From assembly GCA_028282645.1 (NCBI GenBank), contig JANQHM010000064.1:1-42595 (forward strand): a stretch of DNA of 42,595 nucleotides, read 5' to 3'. Below the pieces are notes generated by a model, which was not told the origin of the DNA, did no database searches, and saw only the letters and a program-made list of their open reading frames with translations. This stretch comes from Candidatus Gastranaerophilales bacterium. GTDB lineage: Bacteria > Cyanobacteriota > Vampirovibrionia > Gastranaerophilales > JANQFW01. This document shows, piece by piece, positions 29,880 to 39,790 of this stretch; position 1 is the first letter of the stretch; each line of letters begins with the position of its first letter. The position numbers and the translations under genes are program-made.

Positions 29880-30137
29880 TTTAACAAAAAATTGATAAAA
29901 AAAATCCGCTATTTAAACTAAAAATAAAGCTTTTCAAATTTATAAGCTATTAGATTTAGTGTAAAAATTTACTGGAATTTTTTTTAAATAAATGATATTG
30001 TTAGATAAATGTTAATATAACTCGTTTTAATATTTTATTGTTGTTAGTATTGAGAAAGTAGCTAAATAGTTTATAATTTTAATTAGTTTAGTTAATAATT
30101 TTTAATGTTTAAAAATATTTAAACTAAGGAGCTGGAA

Positions 30138-32423
30138 GTGGAACTAGATCAATATCTTGGTTTGTTTATAGATGAATCCAAAGAAAACCTTCAAAAGTTA
30201 AATGACAGTCTTTTAGCATTAGAATCAGACTCCGGGAATTTAGAAATATTAAATGACATATTTCGTGTTGCCCATACTTTAAAAGGTATGTCCAAAACAA
30301 TGGGCTTTAATAATGTTGCAGACTTGACTCATCACATGGAAAATTTGTTAGAGCCTCTGAGAAATGGGACTTTAAGTACTGATACCAGGATTATTGATAT
30401 CTTATTTAAATGTTTGGACATGTTGGATTCTTTAATAAATAATATTGCAGACGGTGTGTACGAAGATAATGATAATAAAGAAAACATTGAAAAGCTTGTC
30501 CGCGATCTGGAAGGTTTTTTAAGCCCAAATGCAGGTCAAAAAAATAATGGGATTGGACCCCATAATGAAGAAACATCAAAAGAATCTACGTCAAAAAATG
30601 CGATTCATCTTGAAGATTTTAATGAATACGAGGTTGCAATAGTAAAAGAAGCTTATTCCAGTGGCTTTATACCAAGAGAATTAATTGTATATTTAACAAA
30701 TGACTGTGTTTTACCGGGTGTTAGAGCCTATATGGTAAGTAGAGCCGTTGAAGATCACGGTGAAATTATAAAGACAATTCCGACCGTGGAAGAGTTGGAA
30801 AACGCACAGTTTGAAGGTAAATTTAAAATATATCTGCTTAGTCAATTTACGAGTGACGGTATTTCTAATGCTATATATCAAATTTCGGAAATAGAAAAAG
30901 TTGAAATAAATGATATTACTTTTGACCAGCCGTCATCGTCGGATGAAGCCGTATCTGAACTTCCTCCTGTAGAGACAGAGGATTTATCATCATTAGTCGA
31001 GCAAGAAGATTTAGTAAAAGCTGTAGAGGCAAAACTTGCTCAACAGGCAATAAGCCAGCCAATTGAGCCTGCAAAACCGGAAATTTTGCAAGAACAAAAT
31101 TCCGAAGATATAAATTCATTTGATTCAAACGGCAATATTAAAGAAGAAAAAGAAGAATCAACTATAAATTCTAATCAAAATTTTAATAATGATAATGATA
31201 AAGAAGAAATAGAAGAAGATAGAGATAAAAATGTATTTAACAAATCGGGATCCGCGTCAAAAGTACTGTCTCAAACTGTACGAGTTAGTGCGGATCGTAT
31301 TGATAAACTAATGAATCTGGTTGGTGAGCTTGTAATAAGCAGAACCAGAATAAATCAAATCTCAGGTCAATTAAAGGATGCAGAATTGGTAAGTTCCGTT
31401 GGTCTAATGGGAAATATTACTACTGATATACAAGAAATTGTAATGAAATTAAGAATGGTTCCTATGGAGCAGGTATTTAACCGATTCCCCAGACTTGTCC
31501 GAGATCTTGCAAAAGACCTGAACAAAGAAGTTAACCTGAAAATTACGGGTAAAGATACAGAGATTGACAGAGTTGTTGTTGATGAAATCGGGGATCCTAT
31601 GGTTCATTTAATAAGAAATTCAATGGATCATGGATTAGAAAGCCCGGAAGAAAGAATTCAAAACGGCAAATTAGCTAAAGGAACCTTAGAACTATCTGCT
31701 TTTAACGAAGGTGAAAATATTATTATCAAAGTTACGGATGACGGAAAAGGCATTGATCCGGAAAAAGTAAAAGAATCCGCAATAAGCAAAGGTATTCTGA
31801 CAAGAGAAGCCGCTAAAAATTTAACTCAAAAACAATCAATAGAATTAATATTTGCACCCGGTTTTTCAACAGCTGCAGTTACTACTGACGTTTCTGGCAG
31901 AGGTGTTGGAATGGATGTTGTTAAATCAAAAATAGCATCACTGGGAGGTAACGTAACAGTTAACTCAACTATTGGCAAAGGCACAACTACTATAATTAGC
32001 CTTCCTTCATCAATGGCAATTGTTCAGGCTTTATTAATAAAAGTGGGTGAAGAAATTTACGCGGCACCATTAAACTACATTAGTGAAGTAATAAATATTG
32101 AGCCTAATCAGGTAAAAAATATACAAAATAATGAAGTTATCGTGTTAAGGGGCAAAACTCTTCCTTTGGTCAGGCTTCATGACCTGTTGGAAGTAGAAAA
32201 TTATGTTGAAGATAAATCACAGTCTTTAACTGTTGTTATAATAAAATCACAAAATAAATATTCGGGAATTATTGTTTCAGAATTAATAGGTCAACAGGAA
32301 ATTGTAATAAAACCAATAAATAAAAAACTGTGTAAAGATGATTATATTTCTGGAGCAACTACTTTAGGAAACGGTCAAGTTGCACTTATTATCAATGTAA
32401 ATTCTTTGTTCAAAAAGGTATAA
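30138..32423 (+). CDS. cheA: chemotaxis histidine kinase CheA
   Basis: Hpt FRVAHTLKG, P2, HLIRNSMDHG, DDGKG, GRGVGMDVV, CheW domain. Confidence 0.98.
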   Translation: MELDQYLGLFIDESKENLQKLNDSLLALESDSGNLEILNDIFRVAHTLKGMSKTMGFNNVADLTHHMENLLEPLRNGTLSTDTRIIDILFKCLDMLDSLINNIADGVYEDNDNKENIEKLVRDLEGFLSPNAGQKNNGIGPHNEETSKESTSKNAIHLEDFNEYEVAIVKEAYSSGFIPRELIVYLTNDCVLPGVRAYMVSRAVEDHGEIIKTIPTVEELENAQFEGKFKIYLLSQFTSDGISNAIYQISEIEKVEINDITFDQPSSSDEAVSELPPVETEDLSSLVEQEDLVKAVEAKLAQQAISQPIEPAKPEILQEQNSEDINSFDSNGNIKEEKEESTINSNQNFNNDNDKEEIEEDRDKNVFNKSGSASKVLSQTVRVSADRIDKLMNLVGELVISRTRINQISGQLKDAELVSSVGLMGNITTDIQEIVMKLRMVPMEQVFNRFPRLVRDLAKDLNKEVNLKITGKDTEIDRVVVDEIGDPMVHLIRNSMDHGLESPEERIQNGKLAKGTLELSAFNEGENIIIKVTDDGKGIDPEKVKESAISKGILTREAAKNLTQKQSIELIFAPGFSTAAVTTDVSGRGVGMDVVKSKIASLGGNVTVNSTIGKGTTTIISLPSSMAIVQALLIKVGEEIYAAPLNYISEVINIEPNQVKNIQNNEVIVLRGKTLPLVRLHDLLEVENYVEDKSQSLTVVIIKSQNKYSGIIVSELIGQQEIVIKPINKKLCKDDYISGATTLGNGQVALIINVNSLFKKV

Positions 32424-32435
32424 GAGGTTTTTTAG

Positions 32436-32963
32436 ATGTTAGACAAGTTATTAAAAGACGGACAAACTGATTTTCAGCTGGTAGTGTTTACCATAGGCAG
32501 TGAAGAATATGCTCTGCCTATCACATATATTCAAGAAATCATCACTTATCAGCCTTTAACCAAAATCCCTCATTCAGCAGCTACAATAGAGGGTGTTATT
32601 AACCTTAGAGGTGTCGTCATTCCTATAATAGACGGAAGAAAAATGGTTGACTGCTCAGTAGGTGAAGAAAGTAGCAAAAGAAATAAAGATGATTTAAGAA
32701 TAATAGTTATAGAAAATGAAGAAAATCGCTACGGCCTTATAGTAGATAATGTATCAGAGGTAACTCATATGAATTCCGCAGATGTTGAACAGCCCCCAAA
32801 AGAAATTGGTGATAATGAAAGTAGTGTATGGGGGGTTGGTAAATATAACGGAAATTTAATAGTACTCCTGGATCCTTCCAGGATAGCAAGTTTTAATCAT
32901 CAAAATTTTTCCTTTAATGAAGCCGAAAATAAAATTGAAAAAGAAGTAAAAGTAGAAAATTAA
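32436..32963 (+). CDS. cheW: CheW
   Basis: GVINLRG, GLIVDNVSEV. Confidence 0.95.
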   Translation: MLDKLLKDGQTDFQLVVFTIGSEEYALPITYIQEIITYQPLTKIPHSAATIEGVINLRGVVIPIIDGRKMVDCSVGEESSKRNKDDLRIIVIENEENRYGLIVDNVSEVTHMNSADVEQPPKEIGDNESSVWGVGKYNGNLIVLLDPSRIASFNHQNFSFNEAENKIEKEVKVEN

Positions 32964-32976
32964 TCAAAGGTTATTT

Positions 32977-33861
32977 ATGAAACCAGATATTTCAAAAGTA
33001 GTAGAAAAAGTAGATAAACTGCCGGAGCTGAATGCTGTAGTTTTACAAGTTGCAAAAATGTTGGATAAACCTGATATAACGGTTAATGAGTTATCCAAGG
33101 TTATTTCATCTGATGCATCGTTAACTTCGCAGCTTTTAAAACTATGTAATTCTGCACATTATGGATTTTCTCGAAAAGTTACCAGCATAAATGATGCAAT
33201 TTCAAAATTAGGCTTTAAAACATTAAAAAATCTAATTTTTGTGGCAATCTCACACGGCCTGTTAAAAACAGATCTTAAAGGATACGATTTAGAAGAAGGT
33301 CAATTATGGCATAATGCTATAAGCTGTGCGGTTTATTGTAAATATCTTGCCGTTACATCACACTATCAAGATCCTGATTTGGCATTTACGGCAGGTTTAT
33401 TAAGAGATATAGGAAAAATCATTATCCATGAATATGTAAAGGAAGGATATGATGAAATTATCAGCCTGATAAATACTAATAACATATCTTTTTCTAATGC
33501 GGAATGTCAAATATTAGGATTTGACCATTGTCAAATCGGTTCAAAAATAGCAACAAAATGGAATTTTCCCGAAAAGCTTATAGAGTCAATTGAACATCAT
33601 CATAGTCCTGATCAAGCTCTAAGGGTAAATTGTTCTTCAGATGTAAAACTTGTGTCTATTGTCCATATTTGTGATTCAATAACAATGATGTTAGGTACAG
33701 GTATTGGTAGTGACGGTATGATGTATCACTTAGAATTAAAATCTTTTGAGCATTTAGATATACCACAACAATCCAAAAGTCTTGAATGTTTAATTTCCAA
33801 TATGGTAGAGTTAAATTCCGAAATTGAAGCATTGGTAGGGTTTATAAATGGAAACAAATAA
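32977..33861 (+). CDS. HDOD domain protein
   Basis: LPEL, LLKLCNS, AGLLRDIGK (RD instead of HD), GFDH, KWNFP. Confidence 0.92.
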   Translation: MKPDISKVVEKVDKLPELNAVVLQVAKMLDKPDITVNELSKVISSDASLTSQLLKLCNSAHYGFSRKVTSINDAISKLGFKTLKNLIFVAISHGLLKTDLKGYDLEEGQLWHNAISCAVYCKYLAVTSHYQDPDLAFTAGLLRDIGKIIIHEYVKEGYDEIISLINTNNISFSNAECQILGFDHCQIGSKIATKWNFPEKLIESIEHHHSPDQALRVNCSSDVKLVSIVHICDSITMMLGTGIGSDGMMYHLELKSFEHLDIPQQSKSLECLISNMVELNSEIEALVGFINGNK

Positions 33862-34447
33862 TAAAAAAATAAATCAAATGCACCTGGATTTACTGGGTGA
33901 ACTTGGAAATATAGGCTCAGGTAATGCAGCAACCGCATTATCTCAAATATTGAACAAGACAGTTTACCTGGATGTTCCGCATGTTGAGTTATGCAACATT
34001 TCTGAGGTGGCCAGTTCTTTTGGTGACCCTGAGTTCAGGAAAACAGCAGTCTTCTTTCAAACACAACAAGACGTAAAAGGTTATGTTTTATTAGTGTTTG
34101 AAGATGAAGATGTCAAAAAAATAAGCAAAATTGCAGCAGGAGGCCTGGAAATTGATCCTGATTCAGTTATAACAGAAATAGGTAATATTGTAGCAGGTTC
34201 TTATATAGGGGCATTAGCATCTATGCTGGAAGGAAAAATAGATTTAACTCCTCCACAAATAGCTCATGATATGCTAGGTGCGTTGATTGATAATATTGTT
34301 TCATTAATTTGCGTTGTTGCTGATGAATTAGTTATAATTAAAACTAAAATGACAATAGGAAATGAAACAATACCTAGCTTTTTCATATTATTTTTAGAAG
34401 ATGAGTCTTTAAATAAATTGTTAGATTATTTTAATTTTGAGAAGTAA
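33848..34447 (+). CDS. cheC: CheC phosphatase
   Basis: ELGNIGSGNAATALS and EIGNI motifs. Confidence 0.95.
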   Translation: METNNKKINQMHLDLLGELGNIGSGNAATALSQILNKTVYLDVPHVELCNISEVASSFGDPEFRKTAVFFQTQQDVKGYVLLVFEDEDVKKISKIAAGGLEIDPDSVITEIGNIVAGSYIGALASMLEGKIDLTPPQIAHDMLGALIDNIVSLICVVADELVIIKTKMTIGNETIPSFFILFLEDESLNKLLDYFNFEK

Positions 34448-34455
34448 GAAGCAAT

Positions 34456-34944
34456 ATGACTAATATAAATGTTGGAATGGGCGAAATAAAAACGTCAAAG
34501 ACACCAAATAATATTCTAATTGCACCAGGCTTAGGCTCCTGCATTGGTATAACAATGTATGATAAAATAAAAAAAATAGCAGGAATGGCACATGTTGTCC
34601 TGCCATCTGCAAAAGAGACAACAGGAAAGGCTGCATTGCTAGGCAAGTATGCTGATACAGCTATACCGGAAATGATTGCCAAAATGAAAGATCTGGGTGC
34701 TCAAACTAAAGATCTCGAAATAAAAATAGTTGGCGGAGCACAAATGTTTAATCTTGAAAGAGGTGGAAATATTTTAAACATTGGTATGAGAAATATACTA
34801 GCAGTAAAAACAGCTATAGAAAAAGAGAAATTAAAAATTTCTGCATCTGATACAGGCGGTAATAAAGGTAGAACATTAAAGTTAAATGTCGAAACCGGTA
34901 CTGTTCTGGTTAAAATTTTAGGTCAAAAAGAAATAAAACTATAG
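34456..34944 (+). CDS. cheD: chemoreceptor glutamine deamidase CheD
   Basis: GLGSCIG, GMAHVVLP, KYAD, GGAQMF, DTGG. Confidence 0.96.
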   Translation: MTNINVGMGEIKTSKTPNNILIAPGLGSCIGITMYDKIKKIAGMAHVVLPSAKETTGKAALLGKYADTAIPEMIAKMKDLGAQTKDLEIKIVGGAQMFNLERGGNILNIGMRNILAVKTAIEKEKLKISASDTGGNKGRTLKLNVETGTVLVKILGQKEIKL

Positions 34945-34969
34945 TATTATGATTAGGAGGAAAATATAA

Positions 34970-35329
34970 ATGCCTACTGTTTTAATAGCAGATGACGCAG
35001 CTTTTATGAGAATGATGTTAAAGGATATATTGACCAAAAATGGTTTTGATGTTGTCGGAGAAGCCGCAAACGGTCTGGAAGCTGTGGAACAATACGAAAA
35101 ACTGATACCTGATCTTGTAACAATGGATATAACCATGCCGCAATGTGACGGTATTAATGCATTAAAGAAAATAATGTCAATTAACCCCTCTGCCAAGGTT
35201 ATTATGTGCTCGGCGATGGGACAGCAAGCAATGGTTATAGAATCTATTCAGGCAGGTGCAAAAGATTTTATAGTAAAACCGTTTCAACCGCAAAGGGTAA
35301 TAGAAGCCGTGAAGAAATTACTGGGTTAA
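34970..35329 (+). CDS. cheY: CheY response regulator
   Basis: DDAAFMRMM, MDITMP, MCSAMGQ, KPF. Confidence 0.96.
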   Translation: MPTVLIADDAAFMRMMLKDILTKNGFDVVGEAANGLEAVEQYEKLIPDLVTMDITMPQCDGINALKKIMSINPSAKVIMCSAMGQQAMVIESIQAGAKDFIVKPFQPQRVIEAVKKLLG

Positions 35330-35344
35330 TACAACTGAAAGGAC

Positions 35345-36085
35345 GTGGTATTGTTAATTAACTGCATAAAACAGTTTAAAAGGTTTATGTTGTTGGTTGT
35401 TATATTTCATGTGCTAACCAACAGCTCTTTTTCAAAACAGGCTGATAATATAAATTTAATTAAAATTAGCAAGTTAAATACGGATAATAAGTCTCAAATT
35501 AAAACCTTACACAGTGAATTATTCAAAAATATCAAAGAAAATAAAAAAAATAAGCCATTATCAGAAAAAGCAGGTAAAAATGATTTAAATATATTAGATA
35601 ATATTTCTCCTAATCAACTAAAGCAAACAAATAAAAAATTGCCGGAAAGCTTAAATACTGATAAACAAGGACCAAATTTAATTACATTGACCGGATCATT
35701 ATTTTTTGTGATATTTTTGATTTTAATATTTGGCTGGTTATATGCTAAATTTCAAAGAATAAATCTTAACAAGGTATTTGAAGGTAAATTTGAAACTACT
35801 GACACTGATTCATTAAAAATATTATCCACCGTAAGCTTGGGACAGGGTAAGACCGTTCATTTAATGGAGGTAAACGGAAAAAAATTTGTAATCGGCAGCA
35901 CTAATAACAATATTAATTTAATAGCAGACTTAACTGAAAAAAATAAATCTTTTGAAAATATAATGAACACAAGAGATATTGATATTTTAAATATAAATAA
36001 TCCAGAAGAATATAATAATGGTTATTCTGAGGAGTATAAAGAATATTTGAAAAAAGATAAAAAAGATGAAAAAGAAAATAAATAA
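35345..36085 (+). CDS. FliO/FliZ-like flagellar biosynthesis protein (start may be TTG at 35351)
   Basis: Signal-like N-terminus, one TM, then LKILSTVSLGQGKTVHLMEVNGKKFVIGST; follows cheY as fliZ does in Bacillus. Confidence 0.8.
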   Translation: MVLLINCIKQFKRFMLLVVIFHVLTNSSFSKQADNINLIKISKLNTDNKSQIKTLHSELFKNIKENKKNKPLSEKAGKNDLNILDNISPNQLKQTNKKLPESLNTDKQGPNLITLTGSLFFVIFLILIFGWLYAKFQRINLNKVFEGKFETTDTDSLKILSTVSLGQGKTVHLMEVNGKKFVIGSTNNNINLIADLTEKNKSFENIMNTRDIDILNINNPEEYNNGYSEEYKEYLKKDKKDEKENK

Positions 36086-36104
36086 TTTTTTAAAAATAAA
36101 AGAA

Positions 36105-36968
36105 TTAAGTCGTAAAGCTTGCCAATATAGAATCGCAGGCTTTTTGACCTTTTAGCATCTTGATATATTCTTTATTTAAATCCTCTGATAAAAGATGATT
36201 CCATTTTTCATGCCCGCCGGGCAGGCCTTTAGCAAGCCAATAAAGATGATTTGTAATGGGGTAGCGTTGGTATTGATTAATATAATTAATTTTAAAGTCC
36301 GCTTTGATTATAATATCTCTTAAATGATCTTCGTTAAACAAAAACAAATGACAACTCCAATAGGTAAAATCTTGAAAAGCTCTGTTTTCATAGATAGAGA
36401 TTAAAGCATCATTTGCATTTGGCACTTCAACAATTATTTTTCCATTTTTATTTAATAATTTTTTCAAAGAAGTCAATAATTCAATTGGCTTAGCAATATG
36501 CTCCAAAACATGAAACATTGTAATAACATCAAACTTGTCTTTAATCTGTTCTAAACTAGAATATACCTTTAAATTTTGTTCTTTAAAATAATTATTTAAT
36601 CCTTGATCCAACTCCAGGCCGGACACACTTTGTGCGATTTTTTTAGCTTTTAATAAAAAACCGCCGTTTCCGCAACCAAAATCAAGAATTTTTTTATCTT
36701 TAATATTATCCTTAAACTGGTTAAATCTTCTTAAATCATCTTCTGATGTATTTTTTATCCAATTTTGCAGTTCTATAGTCCCCTTGTGCATCCCGGAATT
36801 TTCATAAAATTCATTTTGAATATGTTTAAATGTTGACAAAAAAACTAAATTACAATTTTTGCACTTTAATACTTTTATATTTTTATTGTCTCGAGTGTAC
36901 GGAAAATATTCTTCAATATTTTTTTGATGACATAAATAACATTTTTGATTTTCAAATTTTTTATTCAT
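36105..36968 (-). CDS. class I SAM-dependent methyltransferase with N-terminal CxxC...CxxC
   Basis: ILDFGCGNG, FDVITMFHVLEH, VEVPN. Confidence 0.9.
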   Translation of the reverse strand: MNKKFENQKCYLCHQKNIEEYFPYTRDNKNIKVLKCKNCNLVFLSTFKHIQNEFYENSGMHKGTIELQNWIKNTSEDDLRRFNQFKDNIKDKKILDFGCGNGGFLLKAKKIAQSVSGLELDQGLNNYFKEQNLKVYSSLEQIKDKFDVITMFHVLEHIAKPIELLTSLKKLLNKNGKIIVEVPNANDALISIYENRAFQDFTYWSCHLFLFNEDHLRDIIIKADFKINYINQYQRYPITNHLYWLAKGLPGGHEKWNHLLSEDLNKEYIKMLKGQKACDSILASFTT

Positions 36969-36981
36969 GAAGTCACTTTTT

Positions 36982-37076
36982 TATAAAGGTTCCAAATTAA
37001 ATTTCAGATATCAATAGCTTATTTTATTAGTTTTTACCAGATTAAAGAATCTGAAAAGTATTTTAGAGTTAGTATA
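36982..37076 (+). mobile_element. MITE, internally deleted, 95 bp
   Basis: TATAAAGGTTCCAAATTAAATTTCAGAT ... AATCTGAAAAGTATTTTAGAGTTAGTATA. Confidence 0.85.
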
Positions 37077-37183
37077 CTATACTACCTCTAATAAAGTATG
37101 TTAGAGAATTAGATATATTTATTTGATAGCATTGCATAATGTAAAAATATTTGATATGTTAAAATTACATAACAATTGATCAA

Positions 37184-38194
37184 GTGAGAATTTCTATGTT
37201 AATGTCTGTTTTATATTATACATCATTATTTTTACTCTTAATAGCATTGTTTGGAATATTTTTATACCGTTTAACCTTTTATAAACAAAAAAAATTTGAA
37301 TCTTATTATAAAAAAGGTACAAACGCTTACCTTAACGGAAATCATCCGCAGGCATTAATAAGCTTTTTAGAAGCTATGAAAATAAAACCGACTGACAAAG
37401 GAGTTTTATACAATTTGGGATTAATTTGTTTTAATGGTGAAGACTATGAAAATGCGGAAAATTACTTTTTGAGTGTACTGGATATTGATCCGAAAGATGG
37501 TGATACCTATTACAATTTAGGCTTAATTTACTCTGAAACAGGTCAATTTGAGAAGGCAATAGAACATTTTAATATAGCTATAAACTATTACCCTGATGAT
37601 AGTGAAGCTTATACAGGTTTAGGGCTCTTAAATTTTAAACAAGAAAATTATGATGAAGCAATACAAAATTTTTCAAATGCTCTTGGCCTCAGCCCGGAAA
37701 AATGGGAATATAATTTATATTTAGCAAAAGCATATGATGAAAGAAGCAATCGAACAGCTTCTTTAGAAGATATTGATAAAGCAATCGAATATTTTGAACG
37801 CTACACTGAAAATGATGCAGAAAATGAGGATGCTCTTTATAAATTATCAATTTGCTATGCCAAAAAAGGTAATTGGGAAAAATCAGTTGAACTGTGCGAA
37901 AAAGTTATACAAATTAATACCGCTGCTGTTGATGCCTACAATCAACTGGGGCTGGCGTACTTCTGTCGTGGCAAAATAGAAGAAGCGGTTGATATGTACA
38001 AAAATGCCATTCTCCATGCACCAGATTTTGCCACTGCCTATACAAACCTTGGATATGCCTACGAAAAGTTAGAAAAGCTGGAAGACGCAAAAACAATGTT
38101 TGAAAAATATATAGAAATCTGCCCTGACGGTGAAAATACAAAAGACATTCAAGAACGTATAAATAGCATAAATGAAAGCTTAAATCTACAATAA
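37184..38194 (+). CDS. membrane-anchored TPR protein
   Basis: N-terminal TM; multiple 34-aa TPRs (YNLG, AY.NLG). Confidence 0.9.
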   Translation: MRISMLMSVLYYTSLFLLLIALFGIFLYRLTFYKQKKFESYYKKGTNAYLNGNHPQALISFLEAMKIKPTDKGVLYNLGLICFNGEDYENAENYFLSVLDIDPKDGDTYYNLGLIYSETGQFEKAIEHFNIAINYYPDDSEAYTGLGLLNFKQENYDEAIQNFSNALGLSPEKWEYNLYLAKAYDERSNRTASLEDIDKAIEYFERYTENDAENEDALYKLSICYAKKGNWEKSVELCEKVIQINTAAVDAYNQLGLAYFCRGKIEEAVDMYKNAILHAPDFATAYTNLGYAYEKLEKLEDAKTMFEKYIEICPDGENTKDIQERINSINESLNLQ

Positions 38195-38587
38195 TTTGCC
38201 ATTCATATCCCTAAAAGCTTTCTTCAAAGTCATAAGAACACTATTGGGCTTAAACGGCTTAAGTATAAAATCAGAAGCTCCCAGCTCTAAGGCCTCTTTT
38301 ATATAAGCCTTTTGACTAATTGCTGAGCACATAACAATTACAGCTTTAGGATTTAATGACTTTATCTCTTTTAAAGCTTGCAATCCGTTAAACTCCGGCA
38401 TTGTTATATCCATAGTGATAGCATCGGGCTTATATTGATAAAAGAACTCCATAGCTTCAAGGCCATTACCGGCTTCGGCTACAACATCGTAGCCCGCACC
38501 TTCAAGAATGGTTCTTAGACTTCTTCTCATAAAACTGGAATCATCTACAATTAAAATTCTTTTTTTATCCTGAACTTGACCATCCAT
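38186..38587 (-). CDS. stand-alone CheY-like response regulator
   Basis: DDSSFMR, MDITMP, MCSA, KPF. Confidence 0.92.
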   Translation of the reverse strand: MDGQVQDKKRILIVDDSSFMRRSLRTILEGAGYDVVAEAGNGLEAMEFFYQYKPDAITMDITMPEFNGLQALKEIKSLNPKAVIVMCSAISQKAYIKEALELGASDFILKPFKPNSVLMTLKKAFRDMNGKLL

Positions 38588-38710
38588 TAATTATTTCCTT
38601 TGAAAAGTTATCAACTTTATATGTATTAGTATAAAGGTATATAAAAAATATGTAAAGTCTAATAATTACAAATTATTTAAATCTTAATAAACCTTAAAAA
38701 TATAAAAAAT

Positions 38711-39457
38711 TTAAGAAATGACATTAAAGTACTTCATATAATATTCTTCACCTTTCAAGGTTAGCCTGTACTTGTTTACACAACTGTTTTCCCGGGGTAA
38801 TAACTCTATTAACTGTGAGTTTAAACAGTTTTTAATTACAGAATGGTCAGTAGTCTTTTTATTAAAATTAAAAATCATTGAATTCACATCTTTTAATGTA
38901 AAATTATTAAGGCCTTTATACTTTTTTAAATAATATGCCGTTACTATTAGCCAATCTTCCTGCTTATAAGGCGCAGTAATATTTGCAAAATCATTAAAAT
39001 TCATTTCTTCAACAGCATTGTTAGCATGTTCATCCTGCAAATCAAGGATTTTCAGTTTTTCATCTTCAGGAAGATTATCAAGCCATTTAAGTGCTTGCTT
39101 TATTTCATTTTCCGAAGGTTTATATTCATTTTGAGGGCTTGTCATAACCTTATTACTTTTCAAGTTGTTTGTATTTACAATAGCTGCTTTTTTTGCTTTT
39201 TGCTGAATAACTTGCGGCTCTATTTTGGGAGATTGTTTTTTTATTTTATTATTTTTTACGGATTTTCTCAATATTTTTATTTTATCCTCATTTACGGAAG
39301 ATTGTTGATTTTTATAAGTAATCATAAAAGAGCACAAGGCTTTTTCTGTTTCATTATTATATAAATCTTCAAAAAATACATCAAATATATCAGAATTGGA
39401 AAAACAACCTTTAATCTCTTTATCATTTTTTTTTATCTTAAAATTATAATAAGTCAA
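38711..39457 (-). CDS. hypothetical protein, possible C-terminal winged helix
   Basis: AYYL...FTLKDVN...YRLTLKGEEY pattern. Confidence 0.7.
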   Translation of the reverse strand: MTYYNFKIKKNDKEIKGCFSNSDIFDVFFEDLYNNETEKALCSFMITYKNQQSSVNEDKIKILRKSVKNNKIKKQSPKIEPQVIQQKAKKAAIVNTNNLKSNKVMTSPQNEYKPSENEIKQALKWLDNLPEDEKLKILDLQDEHANNAVEEMNFNDFANITAPYKQEDWLIVTAYYLKKYKGLNNFTLKDVNSMIFNFNKKTTDHSVIKNCLNSQLIELLPRENSCVNKYRLTLKGEEYYMKYFNVIS

Positions 39458-39711
39458 TTTTGCTATCCCTAAAAAACAACTATATAATTTAATTGATCAC
39501 TACCTAAAAAGATAGCATTTATGAATATTGATAACAATAATTTATGAATTAATTTTTAAAAATATTTTTAATATTTTTGTACTGATATAAATATATTATA
39601 AATTTTATTACAAATTTGCTACAATTTTTAACAAAATGAACAATTTTTGTGTTTTATCTGTTTTAATAATAATGGGATATCTTCTAAAATTAAACAAACA
39701 AAGGTATAATC

Positions 39712-39747
39712 TATACTAACTCTAAAATTTAATTAAGTACCAGTATA
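39712..39747 (-). mobile_element. 36-bp collapsed MITE (fused ends)
   Basis: Reverse complement TATACTGGTACTTAATTAAATTTTAGAGTTAGTATA. Confidence 0.65.
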
Positions 39748-39790
39748 AATATCTCCGGTCGGTTAGATGTGTTGTAGCTAAAGAGGGAAT

